DNA from: Eledone cirrhosa
Lineage: Eukaryota
DNA length: 64,000 nt
Direction: 5' to 3'
Assembly (NCBI GenBank): GCA_964016885.1
Contig: OZ024741.1
Span: 213,094,001-213,158,000 of the forward strand
The position numbers and the translations under genes are program-made. The notes beneath the pieces are model-generated. The model did no database searches. It had not been told where the DNA came from and saw only the letters and a program-made list of their open reading frames with translations. Shown here in pieces: positions 43,171 to 56,059 of the stretch; position 1 is the stretch's first letter, and each line of letters begins with the position of its first letter.

Positions 43171-43580
43171 CACGCACGCGCGCGCACATACGTAGTCACT
43201 CATGTACATATATAAAAGTATACACACATTAAGGCGTTCAGCCATATTGATACGGGGTGTAAAAAACTTGTGGATAAGTGAGTACAAATATAAAATTGTA
43301 AGATTGGCTGCGCAAAAATAAAAAAATAAAAATAAAAATGAAAAATATATCTGGATTGAAAAACACAAAAGACAAGTGTAATCAGTTAGTGGAGGAAAAA
43401 AAAAAAAAAAAGAAAAAAAGGGGAAGTAAAAAATGGAAAGTGAATCGGAGAATAAAGGGGGGGGGGGGGTGGAGTAAAAGTAAAAAATAAAAAAATAAGA
43501 ATAAAAATAAATGAAATTATTGACAAGGATAAAAATGAAAGTAAGTCAGAAAGGGTAATTAAAAAGAGAATAATAAGAAT

Positions 43581-44875
43581 TTATGGAGGATAAGTATCTG
43601 AAAGTGTGTTAAGTTTATATGAGCTGGAAAGCAGGTGTGATTTCATGTGTGGGCAACTGGTGAAAATTTCCGTCTTTGTGTTCAGGCAGGTCTTTGGTGA
43701 TTTTAGATTTTGCAATATCCAATATTTTTCATTTATGCAGAGCGTGCATTTTCTTGTTCCTCTAGCATATTCTTTAGATTGGTTCAAAATTGACCAATCT
43801 AATTTATATTGGATGCCTTGATCTTTCAAATCCCAAATTTTGCTAGCCAGAGCTGTTGTAAATCTTTTTTCTGGATGTCGAAAGGATGCGACACGTGAGT
43901 AATAACGCGTTTTGAATTTGTCTTGCGTCATACCCACATATCGTTCACTGGTGGCTGGATGGTTGTTGCTGATGGTTGTCACTTTAGCCGCATATACAAT
44001 GGCTTTGGTGTTGCATTTACCTTGTAATGGGCATTCACTTTTGATTCTACAGGAGCAAGTTTGATTTTCTCTAGGTGATATTTTGTTGAGGATATAGGAC
44101 TTAATAGGGGGACCGCAGGAATAGCTAATTTTAACACAGTTTCTGTTAAAGAATTTATAGTATCTATGTGTTCTAGGGAAATGTTTATCTAAGAGCTCAA
44201 GGAATTGTTTGCCTACATTAGTTTTAACTGCTAGAGAGTAGGGGGGTGTGAACCAGATTATTTTTCTTTTCCTATTTGTATGTTTAATAGAGTTAGTATA
44301 GTTAGGTATGTATTTAATCGGTTCGCTAAAACCGCTATTTTGGAGGGCTTTATTATAGTAGGGGGATGCCTTATTAAAAATAGCTTCTGAGGAAGAGAGG
44401 GTGGAGATCCTACGGCTAATATTAGGGATAAGGTTTTTAAAAACTATAGGTGGATGGCAAGATCCTTTATTTATATATTTTAAGTTTTCATTAGGTTTAT
44501 GGTATGGTTTATAAGAAGCAGTAGGCAAATCTAGGTTTATATCTAGGAAATCTACGTTGGAAAGGTTAGTGTCAATAGTAATTTTAAGATTAAAACTAGC
44601 GAAGGTTTTTATTAAGTCTTTCTTAATCTATCTAAGTTATGGCCTATGGTGGTATGGGAAAGTATTAGACCATCGTCGCGATAAAGCCCAAAAATATGGT
44701 TAGGAAATTTTTCTTTAAGTGTATGTAAGAGAAATAGGCCGACCAGATCACAAACATCGGCACTGTCGTAAGAGCCCATTGAGACATCGAATGGGTTCTC
44801 TGGGTTAGATATTTTTACCCAAGTGTCATTATCATTAAAAAGTAGAGTGTTCCTAGCATGCAAGATGACATTCTC
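43581..44875 (-). pseudogene. PLE RT (motifs 4-7) + Cys linker + complete GIY-YIG endonuclease; one frameshift near 44620
   Basis: FDVSMGSYDSADVCDLVGL, GLYRDDGL, VDFLDINLDL, RKIIWFTPPYS, CSCRIKSECPLQGKC, AIVY..YVGMT, CTLCINEK..CPH. Confidence 0.92.
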
Positions 44876-45145
44876 TATATATATATATTCATATATATAT
44901 ATATTCATATATATATATATATATATATATTCATATTTATATATAGATACACATACTATGTGTGTGTATGTGTATGTATTCTATCTGGTATTTCAAGCGT
45001 TGAACTAAGGTATTTCTTCAATGTACTATGTCGTTTGCTTTGTTATTTCTGTTTTCATTTTACACACACAAAGTCACACACACACACAGTATCTGAGTGT
45101 GTGTGTGTGTGTGTATGTGTGGTTGTGTGTGTGTGTGTGTATGTG

Positions 45146-45184
<39 letters not shown>

Positions 45185-45755
45185 AAAACAGCCAAAGAGA
45201 TATCTGTGACATGTTCACAGAACAAAACATTGTGTGTAGCTAGAGATATAAATCTAATGTACACTACTGTTACTTAGCGAACTTCTTAATTAACTTTGCC
45301 TTTCATCCTTACGGGGTCGATAAAATAAAGTACCAGTAATGTACTGGGTAATTTTTGGCCTTGTGCCAAAAGTAGAAACAATATATATTGATTAACTAGC
45401 AACATGAGTGCCAATTGAATGCAAGTCATTAGGTCCATAATGCTACCAAGATTCAACGTAGCTGTCTCGATGATCTTCAACGCTTCTGATGAGTAACCAG
45501 CAAGGTCCGAGAATTGATTAAATGTGTTTTCCATTTTCTCAATTTACAGAGAATTTCGTATTTTCTGGCGCGTTTACATGTCTACGTATTTAAAATGTAT
45601 ATATTTGTATACACATTGGTGCCATATCCGTTACTCACTCTGTATGTATATATACAGATATATACTGTATATTGCAGCTGCCTGTATATTGCAGCTGCCT
45701 AGCACACTCCTTTAGATCTATATCTATCTATCTATCTATCTATCTAATCCTCTCC

Positions 45756-45835
<80 letters not shown>

Positions 45836-45837
45836 TA

Positions 45838-45907
<70 letters not shown>

Positions 45908-45926
45908 GTATATATACATATTAGTG

Positions 45927-45964
<38 letters not shown>

Positions 45965-46407
45965 TGTTTGTGTGTGTGTGTACTTTACCCGTTGCATCAT
46001 AGGAAGGCATGGTAAAGTATTTTTCATCACCAACAGACTTATCTTTACATCATACTAACTCTTTCCTCTGATCCTCACGATGCGGAAGCACAATATATTA
46101 AATCTATATAATATTTAATATATATATATATGTGTGTGTGTGTATATATATACATGCATCTCTACACGCACACACACACGAAAACACTCAAACACGTTCA
46201 CATATTTGAGTATGTGTACGAGTGTGTATGCATCTGTGTGTATGTGAATATATATATATATATAAGACCCTATTCCTGCTATATCAAGCGTTAATCTAAT
46301 ATATCCCTTTCATATACTGTACCGATTGTGCTGTTATTTCTGTTTACCTTTTACATACATACATATATATTTATATATATATATGTAGATGCGCGTGTGT
46401 GTGTCTA

Positions 46408-46592
46408 TAATAATTGTATCTACTTTTGGTACAAGGCATGCAATTATCCCAGTGCATTACTGGTACTTTATTATATCGTCTCCGTAAGGATGAAAGGCAA
46501 ACATAACCTCGGCGGAATTTGAACTCAGAATGGCAAGGGCCGTAACTCTATGCGTCAAAGCATGGCGTCCGTCCCTCTACCGATACTGCCAA
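46408..46592 (-). mobile_element. OK-like SINE; further partial copies at 38236-38330 (+) and 45288-45382 (+)
   Basis: Alignment by eye to 49169-49358. Confidence 0.8.
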
Positions 46593-46753
46593 TTTATTAC
46601 GTGAATACGTGAGAGTGTGTATGTGTGAGAGACAGTGCCATGTTCCATATAAAGAGAACTTCAGTACCAATACAGGCGTTGTAACATAACTAACTACAAG
46701 ACATTCCGTGCGTTTGTGTGTGCGTGCATTTATCTATCAATGTGTATATTCAC

Positions 46754-47087
46754 CAGGGGCCTCGTTTCCCTTAAAAATGTGAGGGGGACAAACCAACATT
46801 TGTTGATTGTTAAAGGAGCATGTTAGTATTGCTTATGGTGCCTTTCCCGGACCCTATCACATTAGTAAAATGTTATGCTAAATAAATTTCATATATTCAA
46901 ATGAAGTTCAGATATAAAACAAATAAGCTTAGAAAGAGTTTATTATATCAAATAAACAAAAAATAAAACATAGACTTTTGAATAAATTGGGAAAAGTAGG
47001 GGGGGGGGACAAAAGATGGTTGGTACCCCGTTCCTGAAAAAGTGCGGGTCATTTGTCACCAGGTGCCCCCCTGAAACAAGGTCCTTA
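46754..47087. mobile_element. hAT-superfamily MITE (334 bp)
   Basis: 8-bp TSD ATATTCAC (46746-46753 and 47088-47095), imperfect TIRs CAGGGGCCTCGTTTC / GAAACAAGGTCCTTA, subterminal GGGGGACAAA motifs. Confidence 0.75.
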
Positions 47088-47227
47088 ATATTCACATATA
47101 AATATATATATATGTCTGTGTGTTATTGAGTGTGTGTGTGTAAGTTTGTATATGTCGTGTGTAATTAGTGTCGGATAAATAACGATGTCTTAACACATAT
47201 AGAACACCAATCAGGTAATTGTTCATA

Positions 47228-47270
<43 letters not shown>

Positions 47271-47833
47271 AATATGGGGAGAAGAATACTGCATGGTTGC
47301 ACATGGATAACATGTTATAAAATGAGTCCTTCATCAGTGATTTGCCAACGATCATTGGTATTTCATCGCATTAAAAATCATATACCTCACGTTGGTGCGA
47401 AAATAACTAAAATAAGTTATTAGGACAATTGAAACGCATAAAGCGAGTGAGACAAGTAAACAACACAGGGGAAAGCTAACCGAAGATAGAAAGAAACACA
47501 AGCAACATGGTTATTCTGTCAGTATAAGCTGGGTGAATACATGTGCGAGTAAGAAACAGACCTTCCGCTAGTGAATCCGATGTAAGAAAGAAGGAAAATC
47601 GTTTTCGTAGCAAACGGGAGGAGTTAAGAAGGGGAGAAACAGAGAGTGAGTGAGTGGAAGTGTGAGGAAGAGATCAGTAGAGAGAAAGTGTTAACTGACA
47701 TGACAGAGGGGACGAAAGAAAGTAAGAGAAACAGAGATAACGAGGGAGCAGTAAGAGAGAAAGAGAGAAACACAGAATCGCAGTTTAGGTAAATATATGT
47801 GAAAAATATGGGGAGAAGAATACTGCACGGTTG

Positions 47834-47919
<86 letters not shown>

Positions 47920-49016
47920 AAAAAGTATGACCCCCAACAGCAGAGCTCAAGCCGTTTCGACGGCTATTTCTGGACTGAAATAGCCGTCGAAACGGCTTGA
48001 GCTCTGCCATCGGGGTCATACTTTTTCCTATTACCCACTCTACTACCCTAAATATTGAGTACTCTGGTGCGTTATGGTCCATCTGGTTCCTGACCACAAT
48101 TCCTTCGTTATATATATATATTTATATATGAAAAATATGAAAACATGGCGTGCTGCGTGGTTGCAAATGGGTTGCATATGAATAAATTTAATCCTTCATC
48201 AGTGATCTTCCAGCCTTCATTGATATTTCATCGCTTTAAAGACCATATACCTCCAGTTGGTGCGAGCAACGGCTAAAGAAAGTCGTTGGGACACGTGAAT
48301 AGGGGGAACGAGCGAGACAGTAAACAAACAAAGATGGTAATTCAACGAAAAGTGAGGAAGGAGGAGTCAAGTCCCTTAAATCGATGAACATAAGTTCTGT
48401 GAAATCGTAGACGAGAGAGAATAAAAACCATCCGACCTGGTCGAAGTGTGAGTGAGGAAAGAATCTCATATATATATACGCGATCCTTTTCCTCGCTCAC
48501 ATTCGTACGGCTAAGATGTGTCTTTACCTTCTCGTCAAAATCCGCCCGTTCTTATGCTCGAAATGAATTATTGACTTGATTTTTTCATTTTCTCCTCTGT
48601 TTACGTTGCCTCACCATTCGTGTCTATTCACATGTCTTTCTCTTTCTCCACCCAACTCTTTTTATCCCAATAAATTATTTTAGTTATTGTATCATCTTAG
48701 CTGGAGGTATATTGTCTGTAATGCGAAGAGATACCTATGATGGCTAGTAGACAACTGATGACGGATATTCCTCACATATATTTCTAATTCTTCGTTTATT
48801 ATACTTAGTTGCAACAACACAGCTCGCCATTTTTTATTCATATAAATATATATAGGAAAATGTTTAACCCCGACGACAGAGCTCAAGACGTTTCGACGGA
48901 TATTTCTTGAACTCTGTCGTCGGGTTAAACATTTTCCTATTTCCCATTCTACTACCCTAAGTATTGAGTACTCTGGTGCGCTACGGTCCATCTGGTTCCT
49001 TACCACACTTCCTTCG

Positions 49017-49127
<111 letters not shown>

Positions 49128-49168
49128 TGTATATATATATATATATAATCTGAGATTTTCGAATATTA

Positions 49169-49358
49169 TTAATTGTTTCTACTTTAGGCACAAGGCCAGC
49201 AATTACCCAGTGCCTTACTGGTACTTTATTTTATCGACCCCGTAAGGATGAAAGGCAAAGTCAACCTCGGCGGGATTTGAACTCAGATCGTAAAGGGACG
49301 TAACTATGCTGGAAAGCATGGCGTCCGACCCTCTACCGATACTGCCAATCCACCGCCC
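49169..49358 (-). mobile_element. Full-length young OK-like SINE with a 13-bp TSD
   Basis: TTTTCGAATATTA at 49156-49168 and 49359-49371. The head GGGCGGTGGATTGGCAGTATCGG is intact, with B-box GAGTTCAAATCC. Confidence 0.9.
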
Positions 49359-49950
49359 TTTTCGAATATTAATAATAATATTCGATTCGTTTGCAATTAT
49401 GTAGACAGCCTCCTTTTTAAATCCATGTCAGTAGAATGAGCCCCTCATTCTTGCTCCTGTGTTGGCATGTGAACAGAACTGCAGACACTAATGTTTCTGG
49501 GTACTGTTCACTGTTCACCTCCCAACTATCAGAGCTAGTGAAAATATATGATATTTTCTAAAATATACAGTGATTGATCAGCCTGATTTGCATATTAGCA
49601 GACTGGCTGATCAGTCAGATCTGCATATTAGCAGATCCACTGATCAGCCAGATTTGCAGATCAGCAGACAGGCCAGTCAGTTTCCTGTATACGAGCGTTA
49701 AATGGCCAGCTTTGCCATATTAAAAAAAATAATATGGCTCTACATGGCTGAATATAATAAATGTAATCTGGTCTACATCACTGGATGCGAATGAAGTCAC
49801 AGGTTTTATATCAGAGTGACCTTCTCCTAGAAAGATATCTGAATGAAGACTAGGAATCTTTCGCTCCAGTGAAAAAACATAAAACAAAATAAACAGCACT
49901 GTATTGGATGGCCGTTGACTCAAGTGAGTTCCTCTGCCCTTTGACGGGTT

Positions 49951-50290
<340 letters not shown>

Positions 50291-50422
50291 GTATTTTCTT
50301 CGTGGTTATAAGAGGCTTAGCTCTGTTTCTCGACCGTTATATCGCGTGACTATCTCCCCCTCCGCCTTTTGGGATTCTTTCTCACGTCGTGTACGCGTTC
50401 TTGAGACTAGTAAAATGAGGTA

Positions 50423-50510
50423 TCCTCTTGATAAGTCGGCAGACCTCGCAAGGACTCTATATCTTAGATATATTGTTTTTGTTTATGCCACGAAACTACG
50501 TAGTCGAGGA
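50423..50510 (+). ncRNA. Type I hammerhead with U3-A8 core (UUGAUAA)
   Basis: Stem I TCCTC/GAGGA, core TTGATAA, stem II GT-GGCA/TGCC-AC, GAA + 10-nt palindrome ACTACGTAGT + C (GUC site). Confidence 0.75.
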
Positions 50511-51013
50511 ATTTAGGAACAGTTTAGGTATGATACATTTTATTACTAATTATATCTAAATGTTTCTTCTCTCTTCATAATGTATTTTTAACTCTGATAC
50601 TGGTTCAGTCTAGTTCAAACTGAATTGGTCTGTCCCAGTCATTCATTGAGCAACATCGGTGAAGTTGGCACCCTTAACTCACAGTTGGGTGCGGATGCAT
50701 TCATGTATATATGTGTGTGTCCGCATGTATCTGTGTGTTTCTAAGTATATTAATAACTCCCTCTGGTCGAGCAATCTTTGAAGTGTGGGGACAACTGGAA
50801 AGCTTCCATTACTCATACTTCTCGCCTTCTTCACTACCTCTTCTGCGGCCTCGATATGAATACCCCCTCCGCCTCCGTGGTATTTTCTTCGTGGTTATAA
50901 GAGGCTTAGCTCTGTTTCTCGACCGTTATATCGCGTGACTATCTCCCCCTCCGCCTTTTGGGATTCTTTCTCACGTCGTGTAGACGCGTTCTTGAGACTA
51001 GTAAAATGAGGTA

Positions 51014-51101
51014 TCCTCTTGATAAGTTGGCAGACCTCGCAAGGACTCTATATCTTAGATATATTGTTTTTGTTTATGCCACGAAACTACGTAGTCGAGG
51101 A
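51014..51101 (+). ncRNA. Second U3-A8 hammerhead, 591 nt downstream
   Basis: Same as 50423-50510 except for one base in the stem II bulge. Confidence 0.75.
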
Positions 51102-51170
51102 ATTTAGGAACAGTTTAGGTATGATACATTTTATTACTAATTATATCTAAATGTTTCTTCTCTCTTCATA

Positions 51171-51208
<38 letters not shown>

Positions 51209-51216
<8 letters not shown>

Positions 51217-52442
51217 CATAAAATAAGAAAATTATAAAATTAACTCACTTACTAAAAAATCACTTCCAACTAATTAGTTTCTGGAATGGAGTAAATATAT
51301 TTTCCGAAGATACATATTGAAAATCATTCCGTCATCAGGAAAGTCTTTTTCCGTATAGGTCTCCAGGCATAGCGAGGACACTGGAAACTTATTAAAAAAA
51401 ATAATTCAGTGGAATGGAAATAGCTAAGCGTGGACTGGATTCCAAGCCATTGAGAAAATCACTGCCTCTACGTCTGTGGCAAATTCAAAAAGAATCAATC
51501 ACGTGACATCGAGGTCAATCAGTGGAAAGCGAGTGGTTATTAAGACAGCGGCCAGCTTACTACCATAGTAGCAGTCATGGCCAATTAGCTATTTCCATTC
51601 CACTGAATTATTTTTTTTAATAAGTTTCCAGTGCCCTCGCTATGCCTGGAGACCTATACGGAAAAAGACTTTCCTGATGACGGAATGATTTTCTATATGT
51701 ATCTTCGGAAAATATATTTACTCCATTCCAGAAACTAATTAGTTGGAAGTAATTTTTTAGTAAGTAAGTTAATTTTATAATTTTCTTATTTTATGTCTCT
51801 CATATTATTGTTCTGCAACCCCATGCATTGAACCACATTGTTAATAAGACAAAACCTATATATTTGCTAGCATTGATGTGCATCTGTGTGTATATAAATG
51901 TTACTAGATATAAATTCCTTATAATTATCTCCAATTCATTTGTCGAGCAATATTTGGCCATGACTGCTACTATGGTAGTAAGCTGGCCGCTGTCTTAATA
52001 ACCACTCGCTTTCCACTGATTGACCTCGATGTCACGTGATTGATTCTTTTTGAATTTGCCACAGACGTAGAGGCAGTGATTTTCTCAATGGCTTGGAATC
52101 CAGTCCACGCTTAGCTATTTCCATTCCACTGAATTATTTTTTTTAATAAGTTTCCAGTGTCCTCGCTATGCCTGGAGACCTATACGGAAAAAGACTTTCC
52201 TGATGACGAAATCATTTTCTATATGTATCTTCGGAAAATATATTTACTCCATTCCAGAAACTAATTAGTTGGAAGTGATTTTTTAGTAAGTAAGTTAATT
52301 TTATAATTTTCTTATTTTATGTCTCTCATATTATTGTTCTGCAACCCCATGCATTGAACCACATTGTTAATAAGACAAAACCTATATATTTGCTAGCATT
52401 GATGTGCATCTGTGTGTATATAAATGTTACTAGATATAAATT

Positions 52443-52447
<5 letters not shown>
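51209..52447. mobile_element. Non-coding PLE-like module: 526 bp unit in ~1.6 tandem copies preceded by an inverted copy; HHR-like core x3
   Basis: 51211-51583 is the reverse complement of ~51955-52328, and 51585-51920 repeats at ~52111-52447. CTGATGA-CG(G/A)A..TTCG-GAA-AATATATT occurs at 51674, 52200 and ~51338 (-). (TA)n lies on both sides. Confidence 0.8.
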
Positions 52448-52477
<30 letters not shown>

Positions 52478-52482
<5 letters not shown>

Positions 52483-53237
52483 AAGGTAAATAGTGAGTTA
52501 GAAACTCAAAATAGTCTCTTACAATTAAATAGCTCAAAGAAAGAGGTTTTTCTGAGCCGTGTAATATAATTGAATATAAAAGAGATATAAACACTGATAT
52601 AAACATACATGCGTTCAAATTATTTTAAATTGAGCCTGGCAAACGATATTGTTAATAATTACTATTTTTTCACCCTAGCGAACTTGGTCCCTTCCGATTT
52701 GAACACATGTAAGTTTATATCAGTGTGTATCACTTTTTTATATTCACTTATATTACACGGCTCAGAAGATCTTTTTCTTTGAGCTATTTAATTGTAAGAG
52801 ACTATTTTGAGTTTCTAACTCAATATATATACCTTTGATATAGTCGGCTCCTTCAAATTTTGTCGAGCTGTCGTGAAAACTTGGCTGCTATTTTTAGTAG
52901 TGTACGTTTATGAGACACGCTAGGTTCTGATGCCATGAGCGTTATTTTATATTACCACACTATTCAGTGTTCTGATATACTTAGAAGTGAAAGGATTAAC
53001 CACTGATGGGAAAAGAATTTGTAATTTCCTTCGCTAAAATTGCGAAACGTCCAACCAAAGCTGTCTGGCTTTTACGGCAGTTGCCCAATATCGGTTTGTA
53101 TTTAGTTTTCTTGATTTTAAATTGAGTCTGGCAAACCATATTGTTAATAGTTAGTATTTTTTCACCATAGCGAACTTGGTCCCTTACAATTTGAACATAT
53201 GTCTGTCTATATCTGTGTTTATCTCTATTTTATATTC

Positions 53238-53243
<6 letters not shown>
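52478..53243. mobile_element. Older module of the same architecture (inverted arm + ~491 bp partial tandem)
   Basis: 52478-52620 is inverted relative to ~52697-52842, and 52622-52755 repeats at 53113-53243. (TA)n lies on both sides. Confidence 0.7.
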
Positions 53244-53290
<47 letters not shown>

Positions 53291-53291
<1 letters not shown>

Positions 53292-53566
53292 GGGGAGGGT
53301 CATATTTGTGTAATATTGCCAGAATTAATAACAGAACCATGTTGCAGATGTACAACGAAAGAACTTTGATAAACTATATATATGTGGTTGTGTCTATATT
53401 GTATCTGTATTATTTTTGACCGTTGGTCAGTCAATGGCAACACTGAGGACCGAATAAATTAGATTTCCGATATAAAAGACACAGAAGCAAAAAGCGAAAA
53501 CCAACCAAACAGTGAATGTGTTCTGTTAATAATTCTGGCAATATTACACAAATATGACCCTCCCCA
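53291..53566. repeat. ~47 bp inverted repeats enclosing 180 bp; a related diverged copy lies at ~39990-40172
   Basis: TGGGGAGGGTCATATTTGTGTAATATTGCCAGAATT pairs with AATTCTGGCAATATTACACAAATATGACCCTCCCCA. Confidence 0.75.
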
Positions 53567-53645
53567 AGTATAATAATATTGGTTTCGACACACGATTTCA
53601 TATCAAAAACCTCGCAAAACTAATTCATCGCCGTTATATAAATGA

Positions 53646-53822
53646 ATTGGCAGTATCGGTAGAGGGTTGGACGCCCTGCTTTGACGCATAGAGTTACTGC
53701 CCTTGCCATTCTGAGTTCAAATCCCGCCGAGGTTAACTTTGCCTTTCATCCTTACGGGGTCGATAAAATAAAGTACCAGTAGTATACTGGTAATTGCTGG
53801 CCTTGTGCCAAAAGTAGAAATA
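53646..53822 (+). mobile_element. OK-like SINE
   Basis: A-box, B-box and central domain are intact. Confidence 0.85.
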
Positions 53823-53849
53823 GTTATATATATATATATATAAATTTTA

Positions 53850-54725
53850 AGTAAACAGAGAAATAAAATCAGAAAAACAAAAAAAAAAACGTGGATGCGA
53901 AGAGGCAGTACAAATGTTATTATTATTAGTTTCATAGTGGAGGGTGGGGGACGACGTTTCGGGCATAAGCCCTTCATCAGGAGAAAAGTGAGTAGGAAGA
54001 GAGTTCCGAGGGTGTGTGGGGGAGTGGTGGAAAGACATTTTAAAAAATGATTTAAAAACGGGGGGGGGCGAGAAAAGGAAGGAAAACAATTGTTTTCTTT
54101 TTCACAGTGTAAAAAAAAAATGTTAAATAAAAATAAACAAGTGGGTAAAGGGTGTGAGGCGTGTTGGGTGGGGAGCGGGAAGAGGGTCCGAGCGGGGAGG
54201 GCTGAAGGTGGTGTGTGTGTATGTGTGTAGGTGTATGTGTGTGTGTGTATGTGAATGTGAGAGTTGGGGCAAGAACGAGGTTCCATGTTCAGATAAAGGG
54301 GAAACCGGTGTGTATATGGGGTGGGTGGGGTGTAAGTCAGTGTGTGTGTGTGTGTGTGTGTGTGTGGATGGAGAGGGGTCAGAGGGGTGGGCGAGAGGGG
54401 GCGTGTGGAGTCGGAGTCTGAGTGTGTGTATGTGAGGATACGCATATGTGTGTGTGTGTTTATATGTGGTGTGGATGTATGTGGCGTGGTTCGAAAATAA
54501 TGTGTTTGTTGGTGTGTATGTTCCTAGGGTATATCCACGGAGTGTGAGACCAGATGTTGGAGATTCCACGTGTAGTAGGGTGAATAGCTGGAGCGATGAC
54601 CGGTGGTGTAAAATTCTGGTATGGTAGCGAGGAGGTGGAGAGATCTGGGATGCGCGCGCAACAGGAAGTAGTTAGAGTGTCAAGGAAGTGTGAAGAGATA
54701 ACAGTAGGCAGTGGAGGAGGATGAC
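53850..54725 (-). mobile_element. Penelope-type 3' remnant with a minimal HHR at 53952-53981
   Basis: CTGATGA-A-GGGC-TTAT-GCCC-GAA-ACGT-C with a weak stem I. Upstream is a decayed endonuclease-like tail (..SSHF....TLGTYTP). Confidence 0.65.
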
Positions 54726-54727
54726 AT

Positions 54728-54754
<27 letters not shown>

Positions 54755-54760
<6 letters not shown>

Positions 54761-55930
54761 TAGTACAGCATCAACGAAGCACTGGTTGCAGCCAAGCTAA
54801 CGATTTCGTCAACAAGTTTTTCGTTCTCGTCCGCTCGAGTGTGTGTTCTAGCAGTAAGCACAGCTAAAAGGCGGTCAATTCGAATTTGGAACAAAGGAAT
54901 AATATTCCCTTACACAAACAGAATTAAGCACTCAACTAGAAGTTATCAAACAAACAAACAATTAATCTATCAATAGAATTGTCTAATTACATTAATCAAT
55001 TAATCGTTAATTCTAGGAGATAATAATACAAAATTTAGTACAGCATCAACGAAGCTATGGTTGCAGCCAAGCTAACGAATGTAGACTCTGTGTGCAGCTA
55101 AGCACTCAATAAGGTATATAACCCTAGAGTTATAACATTACGTTTAGACAGCTTTGCAAGTCGAACCGATAGACGGGCCGCAGTGACCATAGCGACGAAA
55201 GAAACTGAACTCAAGAAAAAAATGTTGACTAACCTGGACCATCGCGTCGATATTATACACAACACATGATATATACCATATAATATACATCAAATACAAT
55301 ATACAACATCTCCGCTAGGTTTCTGTAAATCTGAAATTGACAAAATCCACTTGCAGCGGTCTGCAAGCTAATGGTTTTTGAGGATAAACAGTGGAGTTTA
55401 CTTCGTCAAAAACTTTTTCGTTCTCGTCCGCCCGAGTGTGTGTTCTAGCAGTAAGCACTGCTAAAAGGCACATGGTTTTCCCAAAGGGAGGTAACCCCGG
55501 TTTTGGAGGTCAATTCGAATTTGGAACAAAGGAATAATATTCCCTTACACAAACAGAATTAAGCATTCAACTAGAAGTTATCAAACAAACATAAACAATT
55601 AATCTATCAATAGAATTGTCTAATTAAATTAATAAATTAATCTTTATTTCTAGGAGATAATAATACAAAATTTAGTACAACATCAACGAAGCTCTGGTTG
55701 CAGCCAAGCTAACGAATGTAGTCTCTGTGTACAGCTAAGCACTCAATAGGGTTTATTACCCTAGATTTATAACATTACGTTTAGACAGCTTTGCAAATCG
55801 AATACAACGACCGATAGACGGGCCGCAGTGACCATAGCGACGAAAGAAACTGAACTCAGGAAGCATTTTTAACTAACCTGGACCATCGCGTCGATATTAT
55901 ACACAACACATAATATATACCATATAAATA
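54755..55930. repeat. Tandem ~637 bp non-coding unit (about 1.8 copies plus a 49-bp extra piece) between (TA)n tracts
   Basis: AAAATTTAGTAC..CCAAGCTAACGA occurs at 54755, 55030 and 55667. The first copy has a ~39 bp deletion. Confidence 0.85.
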
Positions 55931-56059
55931 TATATATATAGAATATATAGGTGTGGGTGGGTGTGAGGCGTGCCGTGATATATGACGTGAAACTCTGCAC
56001 CACCAACAACACCACCACAACAACTGAACGCTACATTTCTAACACAACCATCACAAACA

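Larger units (their letters stand above)
42236..44875 (-). mobile_element. 5'-truncated Naiad-like Penelope element with a ~1.35 kb 3' UTR/pseudo-LTR, between two (TA)n tracts
   Basis: ORF remnant at 43581-44875 plus the terminal HHR. Confidence 0.9.
50288..51176 (+). mobile_element. Retrozyme-like non-coding element: ~298 bp direct repeats (50288-50585, 50877-51176), each with an HHR
   Basis: Near-identical direct repeats, no credible ORF, flanked by (GT)n and (TA)n. Confidence 0.8.

Noticed and set aside
43581-44875. Selenocysteine recoding, reported for many Naiad PLEs
   Set aside because: The conserved Cys positions visible here are TGT/TGC, and the stop at 19840 in the other copy is TAA at a Leu position, not TGA.
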